From NCBI GenBank assembly GCA_963713825.1, contig CAVQNG010000014.1, forward strand, positions 32,001 through 96,000: 64,000 bases of DNA, given 5' to 3'. Positions 38,393 through 48,753 of the stretch are shown here, piece after piece. This DNA comes from an uncultured Acidobacteriota bacterium. Lineage in GTDB: Bacteria > Acidobacteriota > Thermoanaerobaculia > Multivoradales > JAHEKO01. Each line of letters opens with the position of its first letter. Position 1 is the stretch's first letter. The notes under the pieces were generated by a model, which was not told the DNA's origin, ran no database searches, and saw nothing but the letters and a program-made list of their open reading frames with translations. The translations under genes were made by a program, and so were the position numbers.

Positions 38393-39679
38393 TTAGCCGT
38401 TCCAACGACGGAAGACTAGACACGAATTGACGTCTCCGAAGCCGAAACCGGCCTTGATGATGGTCTTCAGCTGCGGCATTTCTAGCACACTGTGGGGAAT
38501 CGAGCCAGCGAAAGCTTCGATTTCCGGATGTACATCCTCGCAGTTGAGGGATGGATGAACGAATCCTCCTGTCAGCATGAGGACGCATGCCACCGACTCC
38601 ATGCCTCCAGCGGCACCGAGCCCGTGCCCGATCATCGACTTGGTAGAGACAATCGGTGGAAAGTCCTCTGGCGAGCGACCGAGCGCTTTCGACCAAGCGT
38701 TGACCTCTCTTGGGTCGGCGCCGGTTGCTGTCAGATGCCCGTTGATCGCGTCTATCTCGCTCGGGTCGATACCCGCGTCATCGATCGCTTGGCGAATGCA
38801 GCGCTGCACTCCTGTGGGATTCGGGGCGGTCATGCTTCCGCCGCCGCGGTGGCCGCCGCAGTTGATGGCACCGCCGAGGATCTCCGCATGGATTCGAGCT
38901 CCCCGTGCTGTGGCACTCTCGAGGCTCTCCAGGTGCAGGATCCCGGCGCCGCTGCCCGGCACGAAACCGCCCGCTGAAGCGCTCATGGGCCGCGAAGCTC
39001 TCTCGGGTTCGTCGTTGAACTTGCGACAAAGCACTCGCATGGAGTCGAAGCCGCTCCAGTTGTAGTGACTGGATCCTTCGGTTCCGCCGCACAACATGCG
39101 CTTCGCCAAACCCGAACGAATGCGGTAGTACCCGTCGATGATCGCTTCGGAACCTGTGCTGCAGGCGCTCGAGTTGGACGTGACCTGGTTGCCGAGGGCC
39201 AGCAGGCCGGCGACTCGTGCAGAGACTCCGCTGCCCATGACCTGTTCCACCACCGTGCTCCCAAGCCGGCGGACGCGGCCGCTGTCGACCAGGGGCACAA
39301 TCCGCTCGCCAACAGTGTCGAGGCCCCCGATGCCGGTGCCGATGATTGCACCCACATCCCAATCGATGGCCGCATCGTCCAGCGGATCTGGTCGTTCATA
39401 GCCGGCGTCGGTCCAGGCATCCACTGCCGCGATGCAGCCGAAGCGGTGGCTCGAGTTCATCGCTTTCAGCTCGTCGGGCGCAAAGTACTGCTCGGCCAAC
39501 TCGTCCACGTCCTGGGGCACACCGGCCACCTGGCAGGCGAACTTGAGCTCGGCCAGCAGGGGAATGTGGCGAATCCCGGAGGTGCCTCTTCTCAGGGCTT
39601 GCTCATACGCTTCTGTGCCGGTGGCGTTGGGTGCCACGACGCCCAAGCCGGTGACGACGACACGGCCGCTCTCACTCAC
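38393..39679 (-). CDS. Beta-ketoacyl-ACP synthase (FabF/FabB family)
   Basis: RVVVTGLG after GTG 39679; SACSTG, NGHLTAT, KSMIGHGLGAAG, FGFG (Cys-His-His triad). Confidence 0.92.
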   Translation of the reverse strand: MSESGRVVVTGLGVVAPNATGTEAYEQALRRGTSGIRHIPLLAELKFACQVAGVPQDVDELAEQYFAPDELKAMNSSHRFGCIAAVDAWTDAGYERPDPLDDAAIDWDVGAIIGTGIGGLDTVGERIVPLVDSGRVRRLGSTVVEQVMGSGVSARVAGLLALGNQVTSNSSACSTGSEAIIDGYYRIRSGLAKRMLCGGTEGSSHYNWSGFDSMRVLCRKFNDEPERASRPMSASAGGFVPGSGAGILHLESLESATARGARIHAEILGGAINCGGHRGGGSMTAPNPTGVQRCIRQAIDDAGIDPSEIDAINGHLTATGADPREVNAWSKALGRSPEDFPPIVSTKSMIGHGLGAAGGMESVACVLMLTGGFVHPSLNCEDVHPEIEAFAGSIPHSVLEMPQLKTIIKAGFGFGDVNSCLVFRRWNG

Positions 39680-40152
39680 CGCTTCACCCCCATTCCCGAA
39701 ATTGTTCCCTCGCATACCAGGGTGCCGTCTGCGAGGGTCATGCTGGCTTTCGAGCGAATCTTGCTGCGGCGCCAGAATACCTTTGTGGCCGAGATGGTCA
39801 CTTCCGTGTCCGGTGGCACCATGGCGAAGAACTCGACCTCGGCGTCGGCGAAAAGGGATACCGTCTGCTCGGCTTCCTCCAAGGTGTGATCGAGGGCGAA
39901 CAGATAGATGCCCAGTGCCACGACGCCTGCTTGACCCAGCGCTTCCAAGAGGATGACACCGGGTGTGACGGGATCGCCTGGGAAGTGTCCGCGGTAGAAG
40001 TCGGCCTCGGGTCGAAATCGATAGGTTGCGACAATGTGTTCTTCGTCGATTTCCAGAATGCGGTCCACGAAGCGGAAGGGCTCCTGCTGGGGGAGCATCT
40101 CCAGAACCTGATCCGGAGTCAGTGGGCCGAGGACTTCTGCAGAGCCCTTCAT
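39676..40152 (-). CDS. fabZ: 3-hydroxyacyl-ACP dehydratase, FabZ-like
   Basis: LPQQEPFRFVDRI, GHFPGDPVTPGVILLEALGQ (His/Glu pair). Confidence 0.85.
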   Translation of the reverse strand: MKGSAEVLGPLTPDQVLEMLPQQEPFRFVDRILEIDEEHIVATYRFRPEADFYRGHFPGDPVTPGVILLEALGQAGVVALGIYLFALDHTLEEAEQTVSLFADAEVEFFAMVPPDTEVTISATKVFWRRSKIRSKASMTLADGTLVCEGTISGMGVKR

Positions 40153-40739
40153 TCGCCCATCTTTCCGCCCCGAGAGTTTCTGGAGCGCCGAGGATAGTCT
40201 GGATAATCGATGTCGCGGAACATTCCCACTTTGGCCCGCTTGATCTCGTAGATCGGGTCGTCGTCGACGCAGACGGTCGCGTCACCGAGGACCACGGCTG
40301 AGCCAGAGGTCGCGAGCGTTTGGTAGCGCACGATGTCGACCTCGTACCGAACGATGCTATTGAAAGGCCGGATCTGCCCGGCGAACTCGACTTCGCCGCA
40401 GCCGAGGGCTCTACCCGAGCCAAGAGCACCTCGCCAGGCGCAGTAGAAGCCCAGAAGCTGCCAGACGGCATCGACGCCGAGGCACCCCGGCTGCACCGGG
40501 TCCCCGAGGAAGTGACACTGAAAGAACCAATCGTCGACCCGAACGTCGCGCTCTGCGACGATTCGCCCGCGGGCCCGTTTCGAGGACACCTCGACGATGC
40601 GATCGATCATAAGCATCGGCGGCAGCGGCAAACCCGTTTTGAGCTCCGGTGGGGCGTCGTCGAAGAGAGAGCCGTGTGCGATTGCCAGCACCTCCTCGTG
40701 GGAGAAGCTGGACTGGTTCTGAAATTCTTCGTACTTCAA
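40149..40739 (-). CDS. fabA: FabA-type 3-hydroxyacyl-ACP dehydratase/isomerase
   Basis: LP.PPMLMIDRI, WFFQCHFLGDPVQPGCLGVDAVWQLLGFY (His/Asp pair), GRALG.GEV.F.GQI; TTG start with GGAGG RBS. Confidence 0.88.
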   Translation of the reverse strand: MKYEEFQNQSSFSHEEVLAIAHGSLFDDAPPELKTGLPLPPMLMIDRIVEVSSKRARGRIVAERDVRVDDWFFQCHFLGDPVQPGCLGVDAVWQLLGFYCAWRGALGSGRALGCGEVEFAGQIRPFNSIVRYEVDIVRYQTLATSGSAVVLGDATVCVDDDPIYEIKRAKVGMFRDIDYPDYPRRSRNSRGGKMGE

Positions 40740-41731
40740 GCCTGACCTCCGAACCGAAGGATGTAGCTCGACCAGGTGAGCCCCGAGCCCACACCGATGA
40801 TGGCGATGTTGTCTCCGTCCTGCCATCGGTCCCAGTTCATGGAGATGACCGATGGTGCGGCAGCCGCCCCGGTATTCCCAAACTCGACAACATTGGAGTG
40901 ATGGTGGTCGGCATCGACTCCGCAGCGCTCGCAGACTGTCTCGAGCATCCGGAGATTGGCCTGATGGCCGATGAAGTGGAGGTCATCGGCCACTTCCGGG
41001 AACGCCTTCTTGAGGTCGCGGAAGCACCGAATGGTCTTCTTGATCGCGAACATCTGGACAGTCCGCCCCTCCTGATCGAAGTGACCGAATAGCGGTGCGA
41101 TGACCTTTTCTCTTCCGGCAGGGCTCGAAGCCAGGGTATTGCCGAGAATCTCGGCTCGTCCGGGTCGGCGAGTCGAAAGGACGGCTGCGGTGGTGCCATC
41201 TCCCCACAGCACAGAGGCCGACCGGTCGGAGTAGTCGACGGTGGTTGTAAGGCTCTCAGGTGTCACCAGCAAAATGAGCTCTGGTAGGGCCTCGGGGCGC
41301 ATCATGGAGAGCATGTACAGGGCGGCCCACATACTCGTACAGGCCGAGTTGATATCGAACGCCGGGACCTCGAGCTCGAGGGCGTCGGCAATGGCGCAGG
41401 CGTCGGCCGGGGAGGACATCTCGGGCCGACTGGACCCGGCAATGACCAGGCCGATCTGATCCTTGTCGATACCGGCCCGCTGGAGGGCCATCTCGGCCGC
41501 CCTCTTGCCCGTCTCGGCATGGGAGTAGAGAGCCGCCTCGAGGGCCATGGAGGGGTCCGCATTTCGGGTGTCCCGAATGTAGTCGAGGGGCATTACGGTA
41601 CGACGAGTCTCGATTCCTACCCTCTCTTCGATCCACTCCTGGCTCGTACCGATGTCGAGCTCTTCCAGGAATCGATTGGTGATCTGGACCTCGGAATGGA
41701 AATGGCCGAGGCTGTGCAGGAACAGGCTCAT
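40736..41731 (-). CDS. Beta-ketoacyl-ACP synthase III (FabH family)
   Basis: WIEERVGI.TRR, FDINSACTS, WGDG, HQANLRM, FGNTGAA, GSGLTW (Cys-His-Asn triad). Confidence 0.9.
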   Translation of the reverse strand: MSLFLHSLGHFHSEVQITNRFLEELDIGTSQEWIEERVGIETRRTVMPLDYIRDTRNADPSMALEAALYSHAETGKRAAEMALQRAGIDKDQIGLVIAGSSRPEMSSPADACAIADALELEVPAFDINSACTSMWAALYMLSMMRPEALPELILLVTPESLTTTVDYSDRSASVLWGDGTTAAVLSTRRPGRAEILGNTLASSPAGREKVIAPLFGHFDQEGRTVQMFAIKKTIRCFRDLKKAFPEVADDLHFIGHQANLRMLETVCERCGVDADHHHSNVVEFGNTGAAAAPSVISMNWDRWQDGDNIAIIGVGSGLTWSSYILRFGGQA

Positions 41732-42684
41732 CGCGAGGCCCCCGAAATGCGTTCGCCACCGTCGACCCGGATGATCTCGCCATTGATCCAGCTGGCCTCT
41801 GGCAGGCAGAGCAGGTAGATGGCATTGGCGACATCTGCAGGAGTGGTCAGACGATGGAAGGGGTTGCGGAGGCGGGCCAGCGCCTTGAGGTGGGCGCTAC
41901 CCGGAATCATCCGCAGGGCATTCGTATCTGTGACGCCGGCTTGCACGATGTTGGAGCGAATTCCGTATGGCGCCATCTCGACTGCGATAGAGCGCGAGAC
42001 CGATTCGAGCGCGACCTTGGCCGCAGCCACGGCGGCGTAGCCCTTCCAGGCGACTTCGTTGCCTTCGCTTGTGAGGCCGAGTACTCGGGCATCGGAAGCA
42101 AATAGGCCCCGTTCGAGGATCTCCTGCGTCCAGCCGAGGAGGCTCGTGCCCATGGCGTGAACGGTGCGCGCCATGTCCTCTTCTTCCAGGAAGAGGTCGG
42201 CCGAGTACTGCGGTGGGGTGGTGAGGCCCTGGACGCCGTCGCATCCCTCCTCGAACAGGCGGTCGGCAGTCTCCCGCACGACGCTCTCTTCGATGCCGAG
42301 TGCCGCGGCGAGCTGGGCGCCGGCCGTATCGTTGGACGGCGCTTCGGGTCCGACGAGTTTCAGGTTGCCGAAAGCGATGGAGTGGAGGAGGACCCGGATC
42401 TTGCCGCTCGGTGCGAGGGCCTCGGTCAGTGTGTCCAAGATCTCACTGCGGACCTCGGAGTCGAGGGCATCCCGGTTGAAGGTCACCAGGGAGACACCCC
42501 GCTGGCGGAGGCGCTCGAATTCCGGTTCGATCTTGCGCATCGCTCCCCGACGATCCCGGTGCACGATGCAGAGGTTCAAGCCGTGTTCGGCCAGCTTGTG
42601 AGCGGTGGCCAGTCCAAAGCCGCTGGAACCGCCGAGGATCAGGGCCCATTCATCGGTGCTGAAGCGTGTCGCTGAGACGTTCAC
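41728..42684 (-). CDS. SDR enoyl-ACP reductase (FabL/FabI-like) with internal insertion
   Basis: LILGGSSGFG, LLHSIA, YAAVAAAK (Yx6K), NPF.RLTTP.DVA, WINGEIIRVDGG. Confidence 0.82.
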   Translation of the reverse strand: MNVSATRFSTDEWALILGGSSGFGLATAHKLAEHGLNLCIVHRDRRGAMRKIEPEFERLRQRGVSLVTFNRDALDSEVRSEILDTLTEALAPSGKIRVLLHSIAFGNLKLVGPEAPSNDTAGAQLAAALGIEESVVRETADRLFEEGCDGVQGLTTPPQYSADLFLEEEDMARTVHAMGTSLLGWTQEILERGLFASDARVLGLTSEGNEVAWKGYAAVAAAKVALESVSRSIAVEMAPYGIRSNIVQAGVTDTNALRMIPGSAHLKALARLRNPFHRLTTPADVANAIYLLCLPEASWINGEIIRVDGGERISGASR

Positions 42685-43019
42685 TCGGGTTTCCTTCCCG
42701 GTGGAGTGCAGGCTGAGACCACCGTAGATGCATCGACCGCAAGCTCGATGCCCGACTTAGCTATCTCCTTTGATCTGGGGACAGAGAATACCAAAGGGAC
42801 CGGATCGAGGTGAAGCGAGAAGCCAACTACAGAACCGCCTCGAGTCGTGCCGAGCGAGCTCGCGGTTGATGGTCAGAGCCGTGTTCAGTGCGAATGACCG
42901 CTTATAGACTCATGGCTACTCATCAATTGGATTAGCTGCGCACGCCGCCTTATGATCGTTGGGTTGTTGGAACCATTGTGGTCGAGACTCTTGGGATGTG
43001 AACCGGAAGGAGGAGTTGC

Positions 43020-44228
43020 ATGTCGGGTGGAAGGTCGATTTATCTGATGGTGGGTTTAGTGTTGGTCATGCTGTTTTCGATCGTACCGGCTGAAGGGTCG
43101 GGTCGAGGGGCTGGAGACTTCGAGTCGTGGGAGTGGGACGTGATCAAGCCGAGTGATCGTTTCGATGGAAGCTGGTCGCCGCGGGCTGGGCTTCAGGTGG
43201 TCAAGCTGCGCAACACCTTTTACCTCATGGGCGGACGAACTCCGAAGCCACCCAGCTTCCCTCCAATTCCCGGCGATAGCATCATTTGGGGAGACGTTTG
43301 GAAGAGTCGTAATTTGGGACGTACCTGGGAGAGAATTCTCGACACCGACTCCCCAGGTCACTGGCCCGCTCGTGCCTACTTTCAGGTCGTGAAGAAAGGC
43401 GGGTGGATGTACGTGGTCGGAGGACAGAACTTCAAGGCCGGCCCGGTCGACTGCCCCGTAGACGTGCCGATTTGCTCCGACTTTTTCAGTGATGTCTGGC
43501 GCAGCAAGAACGGTGTCGACTGGGTCGAGCTGACCGACGATGCTGGCTGGGAGCCTCGTGCAGGTCTCAGCAGTATTGTCTTCCGAGGCGAGATCTATGT
43601 GATGGCTGGTTCTCAGAATGATGACGAGTCGATTGGTCCCGGCGGTCCGGCCAGGATCTACTTTGACGACGTCTGGAAGTCTCGCAATGGCAGGGATTGG
43701 GAGCTCGTGACCCAACATGCCCCGTGGGAAGCGCGAGCCGGCGCGGTCCTGGTAGAGAAGAACGGCTATATGTACTTGCTGGGGGGAGAGGAAGGATTCG
43801 TTTGCGATCCACTGCCGTTTTGCGAACCCCCGTACTTCAACGACGTATGGCGGTCGCGGAACGGTGCCGACTGGGAGCTGGTCACCGAGGCGGCTGGATG
43901 GTCTCCGCGACCCGGGCACCAGTGTGCCGTGGTGTTGAACAACTTCGTCTGCTTCGGCGGCTTTGGCCTTCTCGAGAATCCACAGGACGTCTGGGTCAGC
44001 AAGAACGGTGCGGACTGGCGGCAGGTCAATGACTCACCGTGGAACTCGACCTCGGCGGATGACATCAAGTACGACTTCGACGTCTTGGTGGTGCGGGGCG
44101 GCAAGCGAGGACAGCGCCCATCGATCTTCACCTTCGGCGGCGATCGGGAGACCTTCGATTTCACCGACCCCACCAACTTTCTGAGAGTCGACAACGACGT
44201 CTGGAGATACTCGCCGCCCAAGCACTAA
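43020..44228 (+). CDS. Secreted Kelch-like beta-propeller protein
   Basis: Signal peptide; repeated W.PRAG...Y..GG...DVW(K/R)S.NG..W units; GGAGG RBS. Confidence 0.8.
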   Translation: MSGGRSIYLMVGLVLVMLFSIVPAEGSGRGAGDFESWEWDVIKPSDRFDGSWSPRAGLQVVKLRNTFYLMGGRTPKPPSFPPIPGDSIIWGDVWKSRNLGRTWERILDTDSPGHWPARAYFQVVKKGGWMYVVGGQNFKAGPVDCPVDVPICSDFFSDVWRSKNGVDWVELTDDAGWEPRAGLSSIVFRGEIYVMAGSQNDDESIGPGGPARIYFDDVWKSRNGRDWELVTQHAPWEARAGAVLVEKNGYMYLLGGEEGFVCDPLPFCEPPYFNDVWRSRNGADWELVTEAAGWSPRPGHQCAVVLNNFVCFGGFGLLENPQDVWVSKNGADWRQVNDSPWNSTSADDIKYDFDVLVVRGGKRGQRPSIFTFGGDRETFDFTDPTNFLRVDNDVWRYSPPKH

Positions 44229-44610
44229 CGAGGGACGAAGGTTCGACTTCACAGATTGTCGGATCGAGCTGCCTTGACGCTGCCCCGGCCAGCCGGATCA
44301 CTGGCTCGGGGCAGCCTTCGAGGGAGTTTCCAACAGGCCATCGAGAATGGCTTCCGCGGTGCTTTCCAGATAGGCGAGCTCTACGCTCGCTGCCCTGTTC
44401 ATCCCCCGGCCAGATTTCCTATCGAGTCACGGTTGGATCTGCCTTCCTCGGAGCATTCGCACGATATGCTGCCAGTATTGGGATGATTTGGACCAGGGAT
44501 CTGTGTGACCTCTGGGGCAGTTTCGCTCTATCAGGGGAGGATCCGGTCGGCTTGGACCGCGCCCTGAGATCCGCCAGAGCGCAGGTTTCAGCGGTGGGGA
44601 GGGGCTAACG

Positions 44611-45681
44611 ATGCGTCTGTCGAAGATGATCCAAGCGGTTGACACCCATGTTTGCGGTGAGCCCGGGAGGGTGATCGTCGGTGGGGTGCTGGATGTTCCC
44701 GGCTCGACGATGTTCGAGAAGATGCGGTATCTCGAAACCGAGGCTGACGACCTGCGGCTGAGGATGCTCCGGGAGCCGAGGGGCTATCCGGCGACCTGCT
44801 GCAATCTCATCCTGCCGCCGACCCATCCAGATGCGCACGCCGGTTACGTGATCATGGAACAGGTCGAGTACCCGGGGATGTCGGGCACAAACACGATCGC
44901 GGTGGCTACGGTGCTCATCGAGACGGGGATGGTGCCATCGCAAGAGCCAGTAACCGAGTTACTGCTCGAATCCCCAGCTGGCCTGATCGCGATTCGGGCA
45001 GACGTACGAGGGGGAAAAGTCGAGCGTGTGACTTTCGAGAATGTCCCGGCGTTCCCGGTCCAACTGGACGCCGAGGTCGAAGTGCCCCATATCGGCAAGG
45101 TGAATGTCGATGTAGCCTATGGCGGTATGTTCTACGTCATCGCGGATGCCGATCAGTTGGGACTGAGCTTGAGCGCCGCCGAAGGGGGGGAGGCCGCTCG
45201 GGTCGGAGAGATGATCAAGGCGGCGACCATCGAGCAGCTCGAAACGCCGGTCCATCCGGAGAACCCTGACATTCGGGGCGTGACGATCAGTCAATTGTCG
45301 GCTCCATCGACCAACCCGATCGCCGACCGCAAGAACACGGTGATCGTCTCCTCGGGCGAGCTGGATTGGAGTCGGCCCAGCACCTGGACAGGTGTCCTCG
45401 ACCGTTCCCCCTGCGGCACCGGCACATCGGCCAAGATGGCCTGTCTGTGGGCCAAAGGCCATCTACCGCTCGATCAGGACTTCGTGCACGAGGGAATCTT
45501 GGGTACGACCTTCACTGGCAGGCTGGTGCGAGAGACAAAGGTCGGCAATATCGAGGCCGTTGTGCCAACGATCTCTGGCACTGCGTGGATCACGGGGTTC
45601 GCCCAGTACGTGGTCGATCCCGACGACCCCTTTCCCAATGGGTTTACCGTAGGTGACATCTGGGGCGGACAGGAGGAGTAA
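44611..45681 (+). CDS. Proline racemase superfamily protein with Ser/Cys active-site pair
   Basis: H..GEPGRV, EPRG, YPGMSGTNTI (Ser where MCGH has Cys), VDVAYGG, DRSPCGTGTSA. Confidence 0.9.
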   Translation: MRLSKMIQAVDTHVCGEPGRVIVGGVLDVPGSTMFEKMRYLETEADDLRLRMLREPRGYPATCCNLILPPTHPDAHAGYVIMEQVEYPGMSGTNTIAVATVLIETGMVPSQEPVTELLLESPAGLIAIRADVRGGKVERVTFENVPAFPVQLDAEVEVPHIGKVNVDVAYGGMFYVIADADQLGLSLSAAEGGEAARVGEMIKAATIEQLETPVHPENPDIRGVTISQLSAPSTNPIADRKNTVIVSSGELDWSRPSTWTGVLDRSPCGTGTSAKMACLWAKGHLPLDQDFVHEGILGTTFTGRLVRETKVGNIEAVVPTISGTAWITGFAQYVVDPDDPFPNGFTVGDIWGGQEE

Positions 45682-45685
45682 GGGA

Positions 45686-46654
45686 ATGGTACAGATCATC
45701 CCTCTTGAAGTCATTGAACGCGTTCTGAAACGGATCGATGTCGTCGGGCTGATGGAGGAGGGCTTTGTCGCCTATTCTGAAGGGCGGGCGATGGTGCCGC
45801 CCGTCGGCGAGCTGATCTTCGAAGATCCACCGGGCGAAACCCACATCAAGTATGGCTACATCCGGGGCGGAGATCACTATGTCATCAAGATCGCCTCGGG
45901 TTTCTATGGGAATTCCGAGATCGGCTTGCCGTCGGGCAGCGGCTTGATGCTCCTTCTCAGCCAGAAGACAGGCTTCCTCGAAGCGGTCTTGCTCGACGAG
46001 GGCCGTCTCACCGATGTGCGGACCGCTGCGGCTGGTGCCGTGGCCGCTAAGCACCTGGCGCCGAGTGAGGTTCGGCGCATCGGAATTCTGGGTGGAGGAG
46101 TGCAGGCTCGACTCCAGTTGGAGCTCATGCTGCCGTTCATCTCGTGTCGGCAGGTCCTGGTTTGGATGCGCGATCCCGCCGAGGCCGAGCCCTACCTGCA
46201 GTACTTCGCAGACTCGGATGCGGAGATCGAGATTGCAGGTAGTGCCGAGGAGGTCGCCGATGGCTGCAATCTGATCGTAACTGCGACTCCCTCCAAGACA
46301 CCATTGCTTTCGGCGGCGAGCATCCAAGCCGGGACTCATATCACCGCCATTGGCTCGGATACGGTCGACAAGATCGAGTTGGCTCCGGAAATCCTCGGCA
46401 ATGCGGACCTGGTTGTGGTCGACAGTCTCTCTCAGTCGGAAGCTCGGGGCGAGGTCTTTCGAGCTGTGGATGCGGGAGCACTGAGTCGCGAGACCGTTGT
46501 CGAGTTGGGTGCCGTCGTCGCGGGCCACGCTACGGGCCGAGTCGATGACAGCCAGGTGACCGTTTGCGACCTGACCGGAGTCGCCGTGCAGGACCTGATG
46601 ATTGCCCAGGGCGTGAAAGACGGGGCCGACCCGGAATCAAGTCACGAGTTCTGA
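45686..46654 (+). CDS. Ornithine cyclodeaminase/mu-crystallin family (probable cyclic imine reductase)
   Basis: LTDVRTAAAGAVA, G.G.QAR, TATPS, HITAIGSD, DLTGVAVQD. Confidence 0.88.
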   Translation: MVQIIPLEVIERVLKRIDVVGLMEEGFVAYSEGRAMVPPVGELIFEDPPGETHIKYGYIRGGDHYVIKIASGFYGNSEIGLPSGSGLMLLLSQKTGFLEAVLLDEGRLTDVRTAAAGAVAAKHLAPSEVRRIGILGGGVQARLQLELMLPFISCRQVLVWMRDPAEAEPYLQYFADSDAEIEIAGSAEEVADGCNLIVTATPSKTPLLSAASIQAGTHITAIGSDTVDKIELAPEILGNADLVVVDSLSQSEARGEVFRAVDAGALSRETVVELGAVVAGHATGRVDDSQVTVCDLTGVAVQDLMIAQGVKDGADPESSHEF

Positions 46655-46726
46655 ACAAGAGCTCCGTATTCGGATTTGGCTCGTTTCGTGTCTGTGGCTG
46701 AAGTGAATCTGTAACGGAAGACGGCA

Positions 46727-48734
46727 ATGAACCGGAAGCGCCTCCTGAACACGCTTGTGGCCTGCGGCATCTTCGGACTCGTGTCGCACTCTTCGATCGC
46801 AGCGCAGGCGAAGCGGGCGATGACCGTCGACGACATGCTCGACATGGTTCGCGTTGACGACGTCCTGATGACGCCGGATGGTTCGAGAGTCTTCTTCACC
46901 GAACGCCGACTGAACTGGGAGACGAACAAGTACGAGAAGACTCTATTCGCGATCTCTTCTCGCGGTGGCGAGGCCGTGCCGTTCGTGCGAAAGGACGGCG
47001 GGGAGAGCTACCGGATCTCTCCCGACGGGAAGTTCCTATCTCTCTTGCGAGAGGTCGAGGACAAGCCCCAGATCTTCCTGATGTCTCTGGAGGGCGGTGA
47101 GCCCTGGCAGTTGACTGAACACCAGGGCAAGATCACCGACTATCGATGGTCCGGCGATAGCAGGAGCCTCGTTTTCGTTTCCGAGCAGGCCATGTCCGAA
47201 GAAGAGGAGAAAGAGTTCAAGCTGGGCAACGACCCCATCTATGTCAATGAGGGGCCCAGCGGCAAGAATCACGGCAGGTGGACCCATCTCTGGCGGGTCG
47301 ATCTTCAAGCCAAGGCCGAGATCCCGATCCTCGAAGAGGACCGCCTGATCGACGGCTTCGATGTGTCGCCGGACGGCTCGAGAGTGGTCTTCTCTGCCCG
47401 GCCTGACAATCGCGGCAACTTCCCGTTTACTTCGGAGCTCTATGTTGTCGATACAGAAGGTGGTGATCCGATCAAGGTCACCGACAACCAGGATCTCGAG
47501 TTCGATCCGCTCTGGTCCCCCGATGGGAAGACCTTCGTCTTTCATGCCAGCAGCGGCAAGGGCTTCGATCTCAGGAACGGGTATCTCTGGATTCTGAATC
47601 CAGACACTGGGGCGCTCCGAAGGCTCGAAGCGCATCACATCGGCGAGATCGATCATCTGGTGTGGAGCGCTGATGGCAAGAGCCTGCTCTTCAATGAGGT
47701 ACATGGCACCGACACCAACCTGTACAGGCTCGACATTGCCTCCGATGCGTTGGTGGCCCTGACGAGCCAGTCCGGGACCTTTCGCGCTCTCGCTTACTCG
47801 ACAGGACAGAAGTGCGATTGCCTACTCCTTCAACGATTTCGATACACCGACGGACCTCTATGCATCGGCTCTCGACGGATCTGGAGCCATCCGACTTACC
47901 GACGCCAACCCGTGGATCGAAGAAGACATTCTCCTTCCCAAGAGTCGAATTCTCCAGTGGAAGAGCTCGGACGGCACGAGCATCGAGGGCATCTTCATGC
48001 TTCCCTCTGACTACCGTGAAGGAGCGCAGGTGCCCCTGGTCTTGCAGATTCACGGCGGACCCAGTGGCTATTGGGCCAACGCCTTCGAACCGGACCTGAT
48101 CGTCTACACGGGTCTCGGCTATGCGGTGCTGGGACCCAATGTCCGGGGTTCCAGTGGGTACGGTGATGATCTGCTCAGGGGGCTGATGGGTGATGTCGGC
48201 GGGGGCGAGTATCAGGACCTGATGTCGGGAGTCGACCAAGTCATCGAGGCCGGCTATATCGACCCCGAGAAGATGGGAGTCGCTGGTTGGAGCTGGGGCG
48301 GCGTGCTGGCTGGCTGGGTGATCACCCAGACCGACCGATTCAAGGCGGCTTCCGTCGGTGCAGGGGTGAGCAATTGGATCGCGGAAAGCGGCCCGGGCTA
48401 CAACTGGGACATCTCCCATTGGCACGTCGGTGGAAAGCACTGGACCAACCGAGACGAGTGGCGCCGCCGCTCGGCCATCAACTTCGTGGAGAACGTCCAG
48501 ACGCCAACCCTGTTCTTGCACGGGGAGAAAGACCAGACGAGCAGTACCAACCAGAGTATGGTCTACTTCGACGCTCTACAGGAGCGCGGCATCCCGACCC
48601 GATTCATCAAGTTCCCTCGGCAGGAGCACGGAATCCGCGAGCCACGACTCCTCAGGGTCCGCATCGTCGAAGAGATTCGATGGATGGAGAAGTACGTGCG
48701 CGGCGTTGACTGGTCGCCGTGGACTCGAGACTAG
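46727..48734 (+). pseudogene. Secreted S9 peptidase with one +1 frameshift at ~47801 (possible sequencing error)
   Basis: Propeller with SPDG repeats continues after one extra base as QDRSAIAYSF...WKSSDG..IEG, IHGGP, NVRGSSGYG, GWSWGG, HGEKD, QEHG. Confidence 0.8.
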
Positions 48735-48753
48735 GGTGACAGGAGCGAAGAGA

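Noticed and set aside
38393-40471. 692-aa ORF as a KAS fusion, and similar long N-terminal extensions (9230-10810, 19439-21538, 22767-25133, 34347-35060, 48430-49683)
   Set aside because: The extensions overlap well-supported neighbouring genes in other frames; internal starts with RBS or translational coupling give normal-sized proteins.
44230-44610. Small ORFs in the gap between the Kelch-like gene and the racemase-family gene
   Set aside because: Short, with no family motif recognised; cannot be supported as genes.
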